Part shown: piece by piece, positions 1 through 9,323 of the stretch
Layout of the letters: the number at the start of each line of letters is the position of its first letter
Position numbering within the stretch: position 1 is the stretch's first letter
NCBI GenBank assembly: GCA_038893995.1
Contig: JAWAQK010000041.1
Location: 1 to 22,760, forward strand
Length of the DNA: 22,760 nt
Direction of reading: 5' to 3'
From: Candidatus Thorarchaeota archaeon
GTDB taxonomy: Archaea; Asgardarchaeota; Thorarchaeia; Thorarchaeales; Thorarchaeaceae
Position numbers and translations under genes: made by a program
The notes under the pieces: generated by a model
The model's input: only the letters and a program-made list of their open reading frames with translations
Databases searched by the model: none
What the model was told of the DNA's origin: nothing

Positions 1-517
1 AGAGCGTGTCAGGCCTGAGCCTGAAGGCCAGCTCAAACTCACGTACTGATTCTGTGTAGTCCCCCAGCCTCTGCAGAATGAGCGCTTTCAGCCTGTGCAA
101 CATTGGATCCTTGGGGAAGCGCCTGATACTGTCATCAAGTGTACTCAGCGCAAGGTCGCACCGACCCATCAGATAATGTATCTCCGAGATATCGCTCCAC
201 GCCTCTGGCAACTGTGGGTCTAACATCAGTACATCGGACAGATGCTCCATTGCAAGATCGTACTTCCCGGTGGCCTTGTAGGCGCGACCCAGAAACAGTT
301 TCACTACGCTCTGGTCCCTGGTGCGGTCGAGGACTTGAGTCAAGACATCAATAGCCATCTCAGGCTGTTCAGACTGCACGTAGGCAATTCCCAGGCAGAC
401 CATAACCTCAGTGTCGATATTGCCAGACGCGAGTTCCTGTTCAAGGAGAGACACTGCCTCGGCGGCATTGCCCTTGGCAATTAGCTCGACCGCTTTCTTG
501 AGGCTATTCTTGGTCAA
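1..517 (-). CDS. Tetratricopeptide repeat (TPR) protein, 3' end runs off the window
   Basis: Not in the ORF track because it is open at the edge. Manual translation from TTG at 517: MTKNSLKKAVELIAKGNAAEAVSLLEQEL...VMVCLGIAYVQSEQPEMAIDVL...LFLGRAYKATGKYDLAMEHLSDVLMLDPQLPEAWSDISEIHYLMGRCDLA...; ~34-aa TPR-like units, no stop to position 2. Confidence 0.85.
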   Translation of the reverse strand, partial: MTKNSLKKAVELIAKGNAAEAVSLLEQELASGNIDTEVMVCLGIAYVQSEQPEMAIDVLTQVLDRTRDQSVVKLFLGRAYKATGKYDLAMEHLSDVLMLDPQLPEAWSDISEIHYLMGRCDLALSTLDDSIRRFPKDPMLHRLKALILQRLGDYTESVREFELAFRLRPDTL

Positions 518-580
518 TCGTTGAAGCTCCCGAATCTGGAGGCGTCAGTCGCCGCTGATACATGTCCCCAGAGAGTTTCA

Positions 581-588
581 TTATAAGT
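581..588. promoter_or_regulatory. Putative TATA box (TTATAAGT) between divergent genes
   Basis: Palindromic TTATAA at 581-586, ~24 nt upstream of in-frame GTG 610 (leaderless spacing); could also serve the divergent TPR gene. Confidence 0.5.
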
Positions 589-609
589 ACGTCTCCATGT
601 GTACAGACT

Positions 610-1458
610 GTGATTTCCAACCGATACGCGACACCGTTTCCAATGCTTCATGCAGTGAGTCTCCTCAGTCATAGGTCTAGGATCACCAAGTTCAGGCGAG
701 CGATGGAGGAAGTCGTGACTGAAAGGTCACTCGTCGTGGACCTCGGCACTGGTTCAGGAGTTCTCGCAATGATGGCAGCAAGAATGGGAGCAAGGAGAGT
801 GATCGCGGTCGATGTTGAGGCTGAGTCAATCAGATATGCGCAGTTGGCCGCTCGTCGGAATGGCTTGGAGAGCAGGATAGAGTTCGTCGTGTGCCACTTC
901 GAGGACTTTGTACCTGACGAGCCTGCTGACATCGTGGTCTGCGAGATGCTCGATTCTGCCCTGCTGGTGGAGCAGCAGGTACCTGCGGTCCGTCACTCCC
1001 TGAGACGTGTACTACGACGCGGGGGTGTGATGCTACCTCGATGGGCCAGTGTCTACATGGTCCCAGTCAGCTGCGCTCAGCTCTGGGAGAGATTTCATGT
1101 TGATGGACTAGAGTTCCCTCCTGTCCCTCAGACCATCGACAGAGGGATTTCAGTGGACCTTGCTGACCTGCAACAGGTACTCACGATTGATTTCAATAGC
1201 AGTGAGATCCCGACAGTAGTCGATGCTGTGCTTGATTTCAGGATCGTCCAGGAGGGGCTGTGCCACGGGCTGCTGGCCCTCCTTGAGGCCGGCCTGAGCC
1301 ACGACATACGGCTGCAGATGGAGGACGGGTGGCGCGAGCTTCTTCTACCGTTCAGTAGACCATGTCATCTGTACCCGGGCCAGCATCTGAAGGTCTACAT
1401 CCGCTATGTCCCTGGAGATGTCAGTTCCCTGAACCTCGACTACGAGTTGGCTGACTGA
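610..1458 (+). CDS. Class I SAM-dependent methyltransferase, protein arginine methyltransferase (PRMT)-like
   Basis: Motif I VVDLGTGSG, post-I VIAVD, double-E loop-like CEMLDSALLVEQ, LRRGGVMLP, and a C-terminal beta-rich region. Start moved from 562 to GTG 610 on TATA spacing (ATG 643 also possible). Confidence 0.8.
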   Translation: MISNRYATPFPMLHAVSLLSHRSRITKFRRAMEEVVTERSLVVDLGTGSGVLAMMAARMGARRVIAVDVEAESIRYAQLAARRNGLESRIEFVVCHFEDFVPDEPADIVVCEMLDSALLVEQQVPAVRHSLRRVLRRGGVMLPRWASVYMVPVSCAQLWERFHVDGLEFPPVPQTIDRGISVDLADLQQVLTIDFNSSEIPTVVDAVLDFRIVQEGLCHGLLALLEAGLSHDIRLQMEDGWRELLLPFSRPCHLYPGQHLKVYIRYVPGDVSSLNLDYELAD

Positions 1459-1523
1459 ACCAAGGCCGGATCGATTTCAGCAAAGCTTTTTACTTGACCA
1501 ATGACCCCCTCCTCGCCCGGTGG

Positions 1524-2195
1524 ATGAGAATGGACCTGAAAGGCCCCCTCTGCTATATTCTAGACTTTGATGACATCTACAACTATGCCTATCAGACATC
1601 CCTGAAGATAAAGCAGTCAGGATGGCATCCTGATGCAATAGTTGGTGTTGCCCGAGGAGGTTGGGTCCACGCCAGGATTCAGTGTGATCTCCTTGGTGTG
1701 AAGGAGTTGTACAGCGTGAAGGTCGACCACTGGGGTGTCACCGCAACAAGGGATGGAAAGGCCAAGTTGACATGTCCCCTCGGGGGAGATGTGCGTGGCA
1801 AGAGGGTCCTTGTCGTCGATGACATTACTGACACTGGGGAGAGTCTCACAATGGCGGTCAACCATGTCAAGGAACATGGGCCCTCAGAGGTCAGGTCGGC
1901 CACACTGATGCATATTGCCGGCTCAAAGTTCGTACCTGACTACTTTGGTGTAGAAGTGACATGGGCGTGGGAGATATGGCCGTGGAACTTCTACGAGGAC
2001 ATCTCCTCGTTGATAATGAAGATCTTCGAGGGCGAGAAGGTGACAGAGCTCACCACAGCCGAGCTGAAGAGGCACCTCAGGGAATACAACAACATCGTCC
2101 TGTCCGACGAGCAACTCTCGAAGGTCAAGGCACACATGGGCTACCTGGGAAAGATAGTCTACCCGCTTGACAAGGTCTGGAAACTCAAGGAGTGA
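1524..2195 (+). CDS. Type I phosphoribosyltransferase (archaeal purine PRT, HGXPRT-like)
   Basis: PDAIVGVARGG and PRPP-binding motif VLVVDDITDTGESL, W..WPW motif. Start ATG 1524 or 1530, after TATA-like TTTTTAC at ~1487-1493. Confidence 0.9.
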   Translation: MRMDLKGPLCYILDFDDIYNYAYQTSLKIKQSGWHPDAIVGVARGGWVHARIQCDLLGVKELYSVKVDHWGVTATRDGKAKLTCPLGGDVRGKRVLVVDDITDTGESLTMAVNHVKEHGPSEVRSATLMHIAGSKFVPDYFGVEVTWAWEIWPWNFYEDISSLIMKIFEGEKVTELTTAELKRHLREYNNIVLSDEQLSKVKAHMGYLGKIVYPLDKVWKLKE

Positions 2196-2265
2196 TGGGT
2201 GACAACCACTCATCATCTATAAATGCGTGAATGGGGCCAGGCTCTATCTCAAGGAGAGATGCTCA

Positions 2266-3126
2266 ATGGCATTTGAGGCCAGGCTGAACTATGCGCTAAT
2301 AGACAGGGGACAGAAGGAGACATTTGAGAGTCTCCTACCGATAGAGATTGGAATGTTTGGCGGCAGTGGTAACTACGACCCGACCATCATAAAGGACCCT
2401 GTTGAGGTCAAGGTCTTTACACCCTATGGACCTGCGTCAGACAACTTCATTGTCGGCCGTGTCAAGGACAGGACCTTTGCGTTTCTTCCCAGACACGGCA
2501 GGGGCCACAGAATACCTCCTCATGCAATCAACTACCGGGCCAACATATGGGGAATGAAGGCCCTCGGTGTGACCCGTCTCATCAGCCCAGCCGCCTGTGG
2601 GAGCCTGCAGCCTGCTAGGATAAAGCTGGGCGAGTTCGTCATTGCGGACCAGATCTTCGACAGGACATTTGGTCGAAGGCCAGACACATTCTTTGAGGGA
2701 GGCCCGGTGGCTCACGTGCCATTCGGAGAGCCATTCTGCCCCGAGCTCAGGAAGGTTGCTGCAGACACCGCCAGGAGGCTCGGGTTCAAGTTCCACGACA
2801 GGGGCACCTATGTCTGCATCAACGGACCACGATTCTCGACGACTGCAGAGTCCATGTTCTACCACAACATGGGCTGGGATGTGATTGGTATGACGGCCTA
2901 TCCGGAGGCACCACTCGCTCGGGAGGCCGGAATCTGCTTCGTCAACATATCGATGCCCACTGACTACGACGTGCACGGCGAAGAACATGTGACGCACGAG
3001 ATGGTCCTCAAGACGATGGCAGACAATATTGACAGGGTACGCAAGCTGACCTTCGAGATGATGAGCGATATTCCAAAGAAGCCCAGCTGTGACTGCCAGA
3101 CTGCAATGAGACACGGACTGTTCTAG
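2266..3126 (+). CDS. mtnP: S-methyl-5'-thioadenosine phosphorylase (MTAP/PNP family 2)
   Basis: GGSG, TPYG, FLPRHGRGHRIPPHAINYRANIW, ACGSL, GPRFST.AES, IGMT..PE..LAREAG, TDYD motifs; AAGGAG SD before ATG 2266. Confidence 0.93.
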   Translation: MAFEARLNYALIDRGQKETFESLLPIEIGMFGGSGNYDPTIIKDPVEVKVFTPYGPASDNFIVGRVKDRTFAFLPRHGRGHRIPPHAINYRANIWGMKALGVTRLISPAACGSLQPARIKLGEFVIADQIFDRTFGRRPDTFFEGGPVAHVPFGEPFCPELRKVAADTARRLGFKFHDRGTYVCINGPRFSTTAESMFYHNMGWDVIGMTAYPEAPLAREAGICFVNISMPTDYDVHGEEHVTHEMVLKTMADNIDRVRKLTFEMMSDIPKKPSCDCQTAMRHGLF

Positions 3127-3138
3127 AGAGAAAGACAG

Positions 3139-3163
3139 GTGAGCCCAACACACGTGGGCTCAC
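3139..3163. terminator. Perfect 9-bp stem hairpin between convergent genes
   Basis: GTGAGCCCA-acacacg-TGGGCTCAC, 12 nt after the mtnP stop; terminator role is inferred from position. Confidence 0.5.
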
Positions 3164-3203
3164 TATGAGCGCACTGAGGGACGGGAAGATTCTCTAGAGG
3201 GGA

Positions 3204-3311
3204 TCACCAGTCCTCATCTTCGTCAAACTCGTCCTCTTCTTCCCAGTCGTCATCCCAGTCTTCATCTTCGTCGTCCCAATCATCATCCCAGTCTTCGTCG
3301 TCGAAGAACAA
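3204..3311 (-). CDS. Small hyper-acidic Asp/Glu/Trp-rich peptide (~35 aa)
   Basis: GAGGTG SD 5 nt before TTG 3311; MFFDDEDWDDDWDDEDEDWDDDWEEEDEFDEDEDW; mixed synonymous codons (GAC/GAT, GAA/GAG) argue for coding selection. Confidence 0.65.
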   Translation of the reverse strand: MFFDDEDWDDDWDDEDEDWDDDWEEEDEFDEDEDW

Positions 3312-3603
3312 GGACACACCTCGGACAATCCTAGGGCATATCTGAAGAAAAGGATGCCTGGACATCATACATGTCATCATAATCATCGTAATGCCAATTG
3401 CAATCCTTCGAGCACTGCTGCTGGTTCAGATGACGTTAACACAACCTCCAACACGACCAGTGGAGCAATGATGCACAAAAAGGTAATATTGTGTTCCAAT
3501 ACTCCACCGACCGTACGTCACGACCAGAGTACAGTGTGGCAGACCAATACTCATGGCCTGACAGGGGACCGATCTCTTGAGCGACAACGACGGCAGCGGG
3601 GAA

Positions 3604-4422
3604 ATGACTCCATCACCTGAGGTGAGACCAACTCTCGTCCTTGTCCTGTGTGGTAGACAGGCCGAGATCAGTAGGACCATTCAGTCTGTCGAGGGCATCG
3701 AGAGGTTGGCACCGGGAATATACAGGACGAGGACTGTCAGAGGCCAGCCAATGAGTGAGATCGCTGAACATAGGTGCATGATATTCAGGCGTGTCAGGCG
3801 TGTGCCGAAACTGAATGAACGCGATGCGGAGGCCATTGATCGAAGAACCTGCACGCTCGTCGCGTACCGACTGACAGATACCAGCTCAAGACAGAAGAAG
3901 AAGATGATGCGTCTGATTGCCAGGACCCCCTCGGTCAGAGTAAGACCGGGAGTTCTGATCTACCCTTACCTCAGAAAGAAGGACCTGGAGAGACTCTCGC
4001 TGACAGGAAATGACCCCCAGCTATATAGCTCTGTCCAGTTGGCGAAACATCTGAGGGAGCTTGGAGCGGATGTGATGATGATCTCCAGACTCAGGACTGT
4101 CGACGAAAGCAGTCTCAGCCTCCTTGACGAGACCATAGACACGATGATCGAACGAGAGCTCACATCTGTAGACAATCGGGCAAGACAGATGCTGGATGCC
4201 CTTCAGTGTGGCTCCCAGGATCCCCGAGTCATGAGGAGGAAGTACGCAGACCTACGACACAGGTTTGCACAACTCAGGAGGGGATACGAGTTGATCGGGG
4301 AGGTGTGGCACCATGACGCAGGAAGACGCATCAAGAGGAGCTACAACCTCATTCTGAGAGTCAGAAGGCTGATCGATGAGAGAACGACAACTCACTTCAC
4401 AGCAGGCCTCGTCCGTGTCTGA
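3604..4422 (+). CDS. Hypothetical protein with ChrB-N/PaaX-central (Cas2-like fold) domain and helical C-terminus
   Basis: TLVAYRLTDTSSRQKKKMMRLIARTPSVRVRPGVLIYP...LAKHLRELGADVMMI followed by long amphipathic helices, resembling ChrB_N architecture. Start ATG 3604 or TTG 3577. Confidence 0.55.
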   Translation: MTPSPEVRPTLVLVLCGRQAEISRTIQSVEGIERLAPGIYRTRTVRGQPMSEIAEHRCMIFRRVRRVPKLNERDAEAIDRRTCTLVAYRLTDTSSRQKKKMMRLIARTPSVRVRPGVLIYPYLRKKDLERLSLTGNDPQLYSSVQLAKHLRELGADVMMISRLRTVDESSLSLLDETIDTMIERELTSVDNRARQMLDALQCGSQDPRVMRRKYADLRHRFAQLRRGYELIGEVWHHDAGRRIKRSYNLILRVRRLIDERTTTHFTAGLVRV

Positions 4423-4716
4423 CCTGAACTGGCCAGACGATGGAGATGTGTCAGTCTCAGCATCCAGTGACGACGAAAGTCACGGTGGACGCAGCCCTGT
4501 TGTGCAGGGCCGCAGGACATGGTCCGTGGTCGTCAGACTACAGTGATCAGTCCAGACGACGGAGTAGTTCCATGTGGTGGATATCAGTGGGCCTCTGCAC
4601 CAATCAAGCAGGGTTATTAGACAGCCCCCAATTGGAGCACCAAGATGTATGAGAGCAGCTCGTCGAGTATACGAGCTTCACGATACCAGAATAGTCAAGG
4701 AGTGTGAACTGCCTGG

Positions 4717-6810
4717 ATGACCAGCACGGGATCAGACAAGACGAGATCAGAACCTGAGATGCTGGTGGGCAGGCCTCGGTCTACTCTCAATCGGCACATG
4801 CAGGGAATGACAATGTGTGTGGTTGCTGCGGCCTGCACTTCAGCCATGCTACTGGTCGTCTTCGTAGACAGCTTGACGTCCTTCATCGTGTTTGTCAGTG
4901 TGCAGACATTCCTCATTGCACTACTGATTCGAGAGAGAAACATATCGAATGGCATGTTCTGGTTTGTCCTGTTGATAGGAACGGTCACGAGAATTGGCCT
5001 AGTGATGAGAGGTCCCCTAATGTCATTCGACGTGTACTACTACAGTGTCTTCGCCTCGAAGGTACTGTCTGGGCAGGTCCCGTTCCGTGACTTCTACTTC
5101 CCATACCCTCTGCCAACGATTGGCGTCTTTGTCCTTGCACAGCTCATTCATCCGTCGGTGACCTCGTTCAAGTTCCTGTTTGCGCTGGTCGATGTCCTGA
5201 ATGCTCTCATGATCCGCAGTATCGGAGATATCGACGAGAATTTCGCCCGAGGAAATGTCCTCTCAGCGGCCTACCTTCTCTGTCCGGCGACAATGATTGA
5301 GTCCGCACTGAACGGTCACTTCGAGGCACTGACGATGCTCTTCGCCCTTCTTGGGACTCTGTATCTCGTGAAGTCCAGACCACGGACTGCAGCAGCCATG
5401 TCACTGATAGGTGCAATGATAAAGTACGTCCCCCTCGCCCTACAGGCCGACGTGCTACAGACGATCTCCCGTCTTCGCAATCGCCTGCTCTTTGTCGTTC
5501 TTGTGAGTGTGATCACAGCTGGGTCATTCTTGTTGCCTGTAATCGTTGGCGGACATGCGTCAATACTGTTCAGGTCGGCTGTGGGTGTGTCAGGTCAGTT
5601 CTACGACTACTCATTTCCGTATTTCGTGTCAGCATTGTCCGGTCTGGCACCCTCGATCGGCCAGATGTTGCTCTTGGGTGCTGGCGGGGTATACATGATG
5701 TACGTACTGAGGAGGGGAGATGCCGCCCAGCGACTCGGAAAGACTCTCAGCTGGATGGTCGTGACTCTCACACTCTTTGTGATCGGAGTGGGTATTCTAC
5801 TATACCCCTTCTCGAGTACCTACTCGGCCTACTATTGGAGGAGACTTCCGGAGGTATGCATCTCACAGGGTATTGCGCTCATCATCCTCGGGCTGGTGTC
5901 TGCCGGCAGCAGGAGGGATTGGAGCACACGAGGCATGCTGAGTGGAACGCTCTTCATACTCTTTCTGATGATGCTATATCAGCCTGTGTTCTATGTGTGG
6001 TACGTCATCTTCGTCCTCCCTGTGGCACTACTTAAGTCGGGAAGAGAGGGGAAGATAATACTCCTGCTCTCGCTGATACTCTACCCCTCCGTCAGCGCGG
6101 GCGAGTTCACACCGACACCAGAGGAGAACCGATGGCCCTTCGGACAAGATATCGATGAAGCAATGCTCGAGGCTGCTACCGTCTGGTTCAGTACCGAAAC
6201 GGGCCATGACAGCAGGTTCTCTGTAGATGATGGGACCCTCCTGTTCACGACGGAGTCGTATGTGAATGACTCGTTCGTATGTCAGATAGGGTGGAACAAC
6301 AGTCACGTGAGGCTTTACAAGAGTTCTGTGGTCGTCATTCGAATGATGTGCTCAACTGAACCCACCTACCAGCGACCATTCCAGCTGAATGTCGTCGCTG
6401 GCAACTCGACTCCCGGAGGCAGCGGACTGAACGAAACTGTCCTAACCCCGGACATTGACTACATACCCAGCCATGGCCTGTTGACGTACATCTACAGAGC
6501 ACTGATCGAGGGCCCAGCCAGCTTTGAATACTTTGCAATACGGATAATCAAGAGGGAGAACATAACGGGTACTCATTGGCTGAGACTCGACCTCTTGAGA
6601 TTCTGTACTGACCTAAATGTTCCCACTACGTCGTGGCTGTTTCACATCCCCGTGATGACCATGCTGCTCGTGGGCTCGATTGGAGTGGTCGTGGGAATTC
6701 CGCGTCATGCGTCGTGGAGCGTGAGGTCATTGGGCTCACTGCGCTGGTACTTACATCATCATCTCGAGGAATATTGGGAACACAGGCGACAACGGAGACG
6801 AGGGTCTTGA
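4717..6810 (+). CDS. GT-C fold multi-pass membrane glycosyltransferase (GT87/DUF2029-like) with extra extracytoplasmic domain
   Basis: Many TM segments; SFDVYYY, PFRDFYFPYP, NGHFEAL, KYVP motifs; ~175-aa hydrophilic beta-rich segment before a final TM helix. Start uncertain. Confidence 0.7.
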   Translation: MTSTGSDKTRSEPEMLVGRPRSTLNRHMQGMTMCVVAAACTSAMLLVVFVDSLTSFIVFVSVQTFLIALLIRERNISNGMFWFVLLIGTVTRIGLVMRGPLMSFDVYYYSVFASKVLSGQVPFRDFYFPYPLPTIGVFVLAQLIHPSVTSFKFLFALVDVLNALMIRSIGDIDENFARGNVLSAAYLLCPATMIESALNGHFEALTMLFALLGTLYLVKSRPRTAAAMSLIGAMIKYVPLALQADVLQTISRLRNRLLFVVLVSVITAGSFLLPVIVGGHASILFRSAVGVSGQFYDYSFPYFVSALSGLAPSIGQMLLLGAGGVYMMYVLRRGDAAQRLGKTLSWMVVTLTLFVIGVGILLYPFSSTYSAYYWRRLPEVCISQGIALIILGLVSAGSRRDWSTRGMLSGTLFILFLMMLYQPVFYVWYVIFVLPVALLKSGREGKIILLLSLILYPSVSAGEFTPTPEENRWPFGQDIDEAMLEAATVWFSTETGHDSRFSVDDGTLLFTTESYVNDSFVCQIGWNNSHVRLYKSSVVVIRMMCSTEPTYQRPFQLNVVAGNSTPGGSGLNETVLTPDIDYIPSHGLLTYIYRALIEGPASFEYFAIRIIKRENITGTHWLRLDLLRFCTDLNVPTTSWLFHIPVMTMLLVGSIGVVVGIPRHASWSVRSLGSLRWYLHHHLEEYWEHRRQRRRGS

Positions 6811-6876
6811 GATGACGGGCCCAGACACACTCTCTACGTCACCGGAGCGTCATCAGATAACGGACGGTTGCTGAGC

Positions 6877-8151
6877 ATGCGCTACCTGACCGATTCCATC
6901 ATCGTGTCCATCGGCACATTCATGTCTACTGCTCTCCTGCTACTGGTTCAGTATCTCGTCGGACGTGTCCTCGGCCCAAACGACTTTGCTGTGCTATCGC
7001 TGGCAATCTCCATCGCATACATCCTCTCGGACGTGTCGGACTTTGGACTGAAGTCTACCCTAGTACGCTATATGTCAGAAACAAGCAGACGCTACCCAGC
7101 CAGGTCCGATGACTGCCTCCGTACATTCATGGTCCTGAAATTCCGACTGACTGTGATCTCGTCGGTGATAGCAGCCCTCCTCGTACCCGTGATTGCAGTA
7201 CTGGTCTTTGCTCAGTCTCCAGTTGAGCTCGCCCTGCTGTTCTCTGCGGTCGGTATCACGGCCGGGATAAGCATGAGCGTGGCTTGGTTTATCAGGTCTG
7301 TGTTTCAGGCCCAGAAGCAGTTCAGAGCCTACGCGCTGTACTCGGTCGTTGGCAACCTAGCCTTTCTCTGCCTGTCAGTGGTCGTCCTATCTCTATTCAT
7401 CAGTTCAGTGCTGATGATGCTGTCCCTTGCGTTCTCGTACCTCGCATGGATGGGTCTGGGGCTTGCACGTGTCGCAGGGCGGAATCGAGGGTCCTACGAC
7501 GTCGCCTACCAGAGACAGATATTCGACTTCACGAAATGGATAGCCGCCAGCTCCGTGACCGTGACCCTAGTGAATCGAGCAGACATGCTGATAGTGGCAT
7601 TCCTGTTGTCATATGTAGATGTAGCCAACTACAGTTCGGCCATTCTTGTCGCGCAGGTCGTCCCATTGCTGACAACTTCATTCTCCACCGTTCTCTTTCC
7701 CTCTGCCTCCGAGATCTCTGACCTCGGTGAGCTGGGCAGATTTGTCAGGGGATCGACCAGAATGACAACGGGCATATCCGTGCTCATGCTCGTACCACTG
7801 TTCCTGATCAGCCGACCGGTGTCACTCCTCTTTGGTTCCGAGTATGCTGCTGCAGACGTAATATTTCCCATAATCTTCGTGGGCTATCTATTGGGTCTGG
7901 CATCAAGTCCACTGTCTCTCGCTCCACTTGCAGTTGATAGACCCGACATGCTTACTCATCTGAATCTGATTCAGCTCATCATCACCATTGTGGCCCTGCC
8001 GTACCTGATAATGACGTGGGGACTTGTCGGGGCTTCGCTCAACATCCTGCTCATCAGACTTGTCACGCCCGCCTATCTCGCAGTCGTCACAGCAAAGGTC
8101 CTGAATGGATCCATAGCAAAGAGACAGAGCAACAGTTTCAGAGAACAATGA
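6877..8151 (+). CDS. Oligosaccharide/polysaccharide flippase (Wzx/MOP family)
   Basis: ~12 TM helices; GRVLGPNDF, SDFGL...LVRY, NRADML, Y..A, VLFP, LLFGSEY, WGLVGAS motifs. Start ATG 6877 or TTG 6868. Confidence 0.88.
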   Translation: MRYLTDSIIVSIGTFMSTALLLLVQYLVGRVLGPNDFAVLSLAISIAYILSDVSDFGLKSTLVRYMSETSRRYPARSDDCLRTFMVLKFRLTVISSVIAALLVPVIAVLVFAQSPVELALLFSAVGITAGISMSVAWFIRSVFQAQKQFRAYALYSVVGNLAFLCLSVVVLSLFISSVLMMLSLAFSYLAWMGLGLARVAGRNRGSYDVAYQRQIFDFTKWIAASSVTVTLVNRADMLIVAFLLSYVDVANYSSAILVAQVVPLLTTSFSTVLFPSASEISDLGELGRFVRGSTRMTTGISVLMLVPLFLISRPVSLLFGSEYAAADVIFPIIFVGYLLGLASSPLSLAPLAVDRPDMLTHLNLIQLIITIVALPYLIMTWGLVGASLNILLIRLVTPAYLAVVTAKVLNGSIAKRQSNSFREQ

Positions 8152-8153
8152 GC

Positions 8154-9323
8154 CTAGGTGACTCTACCGTCGACCAGACCTTTGATGAGATCCACGTATC
8201 TTCGGGCCTCGTGTCTCATCGTCAACGCTCCACGCCGGACTGAGTCAAGTACCTCATTTCGATGCTCTACGAGCATCTGAAATCTTTCCGAGTATTCACA
8301 ACAGCTGGGGAGATTGTTGACCCACTGAGAACCATCCCCGACGTGGACCAAGTAGTCTTGAAGACCTAGCCGGCCCGCCAGATCACGAGACTTGTGATGA
8401 TAGACTATGGGCTGTACTAACTTGCCCAGCATGGATGCTATCACGAGTGAATGGAACCGGGTACCAATCACCACGTCTGCTGCTGAGAACGCCCTGACTG
8501 TCTGAATTGGAGACATCAGAGGTAACTCGGTGATCCTCGCACTGTCTGCAAGTTCCGCGACCCTGTGCTGAAACAGAGCATCACTTCGATGTAAAGGCAG
8601 CAACCATACACGCGTGGATGCAGACAGCCACCGGGCAAACTTCGCCAGCTCCTCAACATACACATCGTAGAGTTCCGTCCCCTGGAAAAATGGCACCATG
8701 TTCATGACCACCATGTTCCTGGCGCCGACGGCCCACGAGCTCAGTTCCTGCAGATAGTACACGAGATCGGGAAGAATGTGTATCTTGCCTGTCACTCCGA
8801 CCGTTTCCAACAGGTATCTCGAAGAGGTCAAGTCCCTGACTACAATGAGGTCAATGTAGTTGTTGAGGATCTCTCTTATGGTGCGGACAATCTTCCCATC
8901 GAAGAAGGGGCCCGCACCGATACCCAGTAGCACCGTTGTCTTCCCAAGCCGCCTGGCAGCCCTCATCACACGAAGCCATCTGTCAACCCTGCTGCCCTCC
9001 CAGTCGGAGAGGATACCCCCTCCCCCCATCACTATCAGGTCCGAGTCGAGCAGTCGTCTGGCCGTCCTGAGCAGCCCAGGATGGACCACGTTCTGCACAG
9101 AGACCGAACCGGGCCACCTCGTGAATCTGACATGCGACGCGGCAGGCATGTCCTGGAACACACTCCGAGTGACAGGGGATGACACAGTCGCAACAACTAC
9201 TTGGGAGTGTAGAGCATCATACATGATCTGGGCGGCAGCACGCGACAGAAGTTCATCACCGACGTTACCGTGGCCATAGAAGCCCAGGACGAACGATCTC
9301 AACCCATGTTCGCTCCACGACAT
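8154..9323 (-). CDS. Polysaccharide pyruvyl transferase family protein (CsaB/WcaK-like)
   Basis: GFYGHGNVGDE, MGGGGILSD, GIGAGP, VRD..S, PDL, GTRFHS, Y..K motifs. Confidence 0.9.
   Translation of the reverse strand: MSWSEHGLRSFVLGFYGHGNVGDELLSRAAAQIMYDALHSQVVVATVSSPVTRSVFQDMPAASHVRFTRWPGSVSVQNVVHPGLLRTARRLLDSDLIVMGGGGILSDWEGSRVDRWLRVMRAARRLGKTTVLLGIGAGPFFDGKIVRTIREILNNYIDLIVVRDLTSSRYLLETVGVTGKIHILPDLVYYLQELSSWAVGARNMVVMNMVPFFQGTELYDVYVEELAKFARWLSASTRVWLLPLHRSDALFQHRVAELADSARITELPLMSPIQTVRAFSAADVVIGTRFHSLVIASMLGKLVQPIVYHHKSRDLAGRLGLQDYLVHVGDGSQWVNNLPSCCEYSERFQMLVEHRNEVLDSVRRGALTMRHEARRYVDLIKGLVDGRVT

Noticed and set aside
139-484. Plus-strand 71-aa and 80-aa ORFs
   Set aside because: Shadows of the minus-strand TPR gene.
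2437-3153. 238-aa antisense ORF and other long shadow ORFs (e.g. 15352-16221, 16279-16890)
   Set aside because: Antisense to well-supported genes; explained by codon bias.
3450-3555. Short direct repeats CACGACCAG (3452, 3519) and CCAATACTC (3496, 3544) as a mini-array
   Set aside because: Only 9-nt matches with inconsistent offsets (67 vs 48); more likely promoter sequence or chance.
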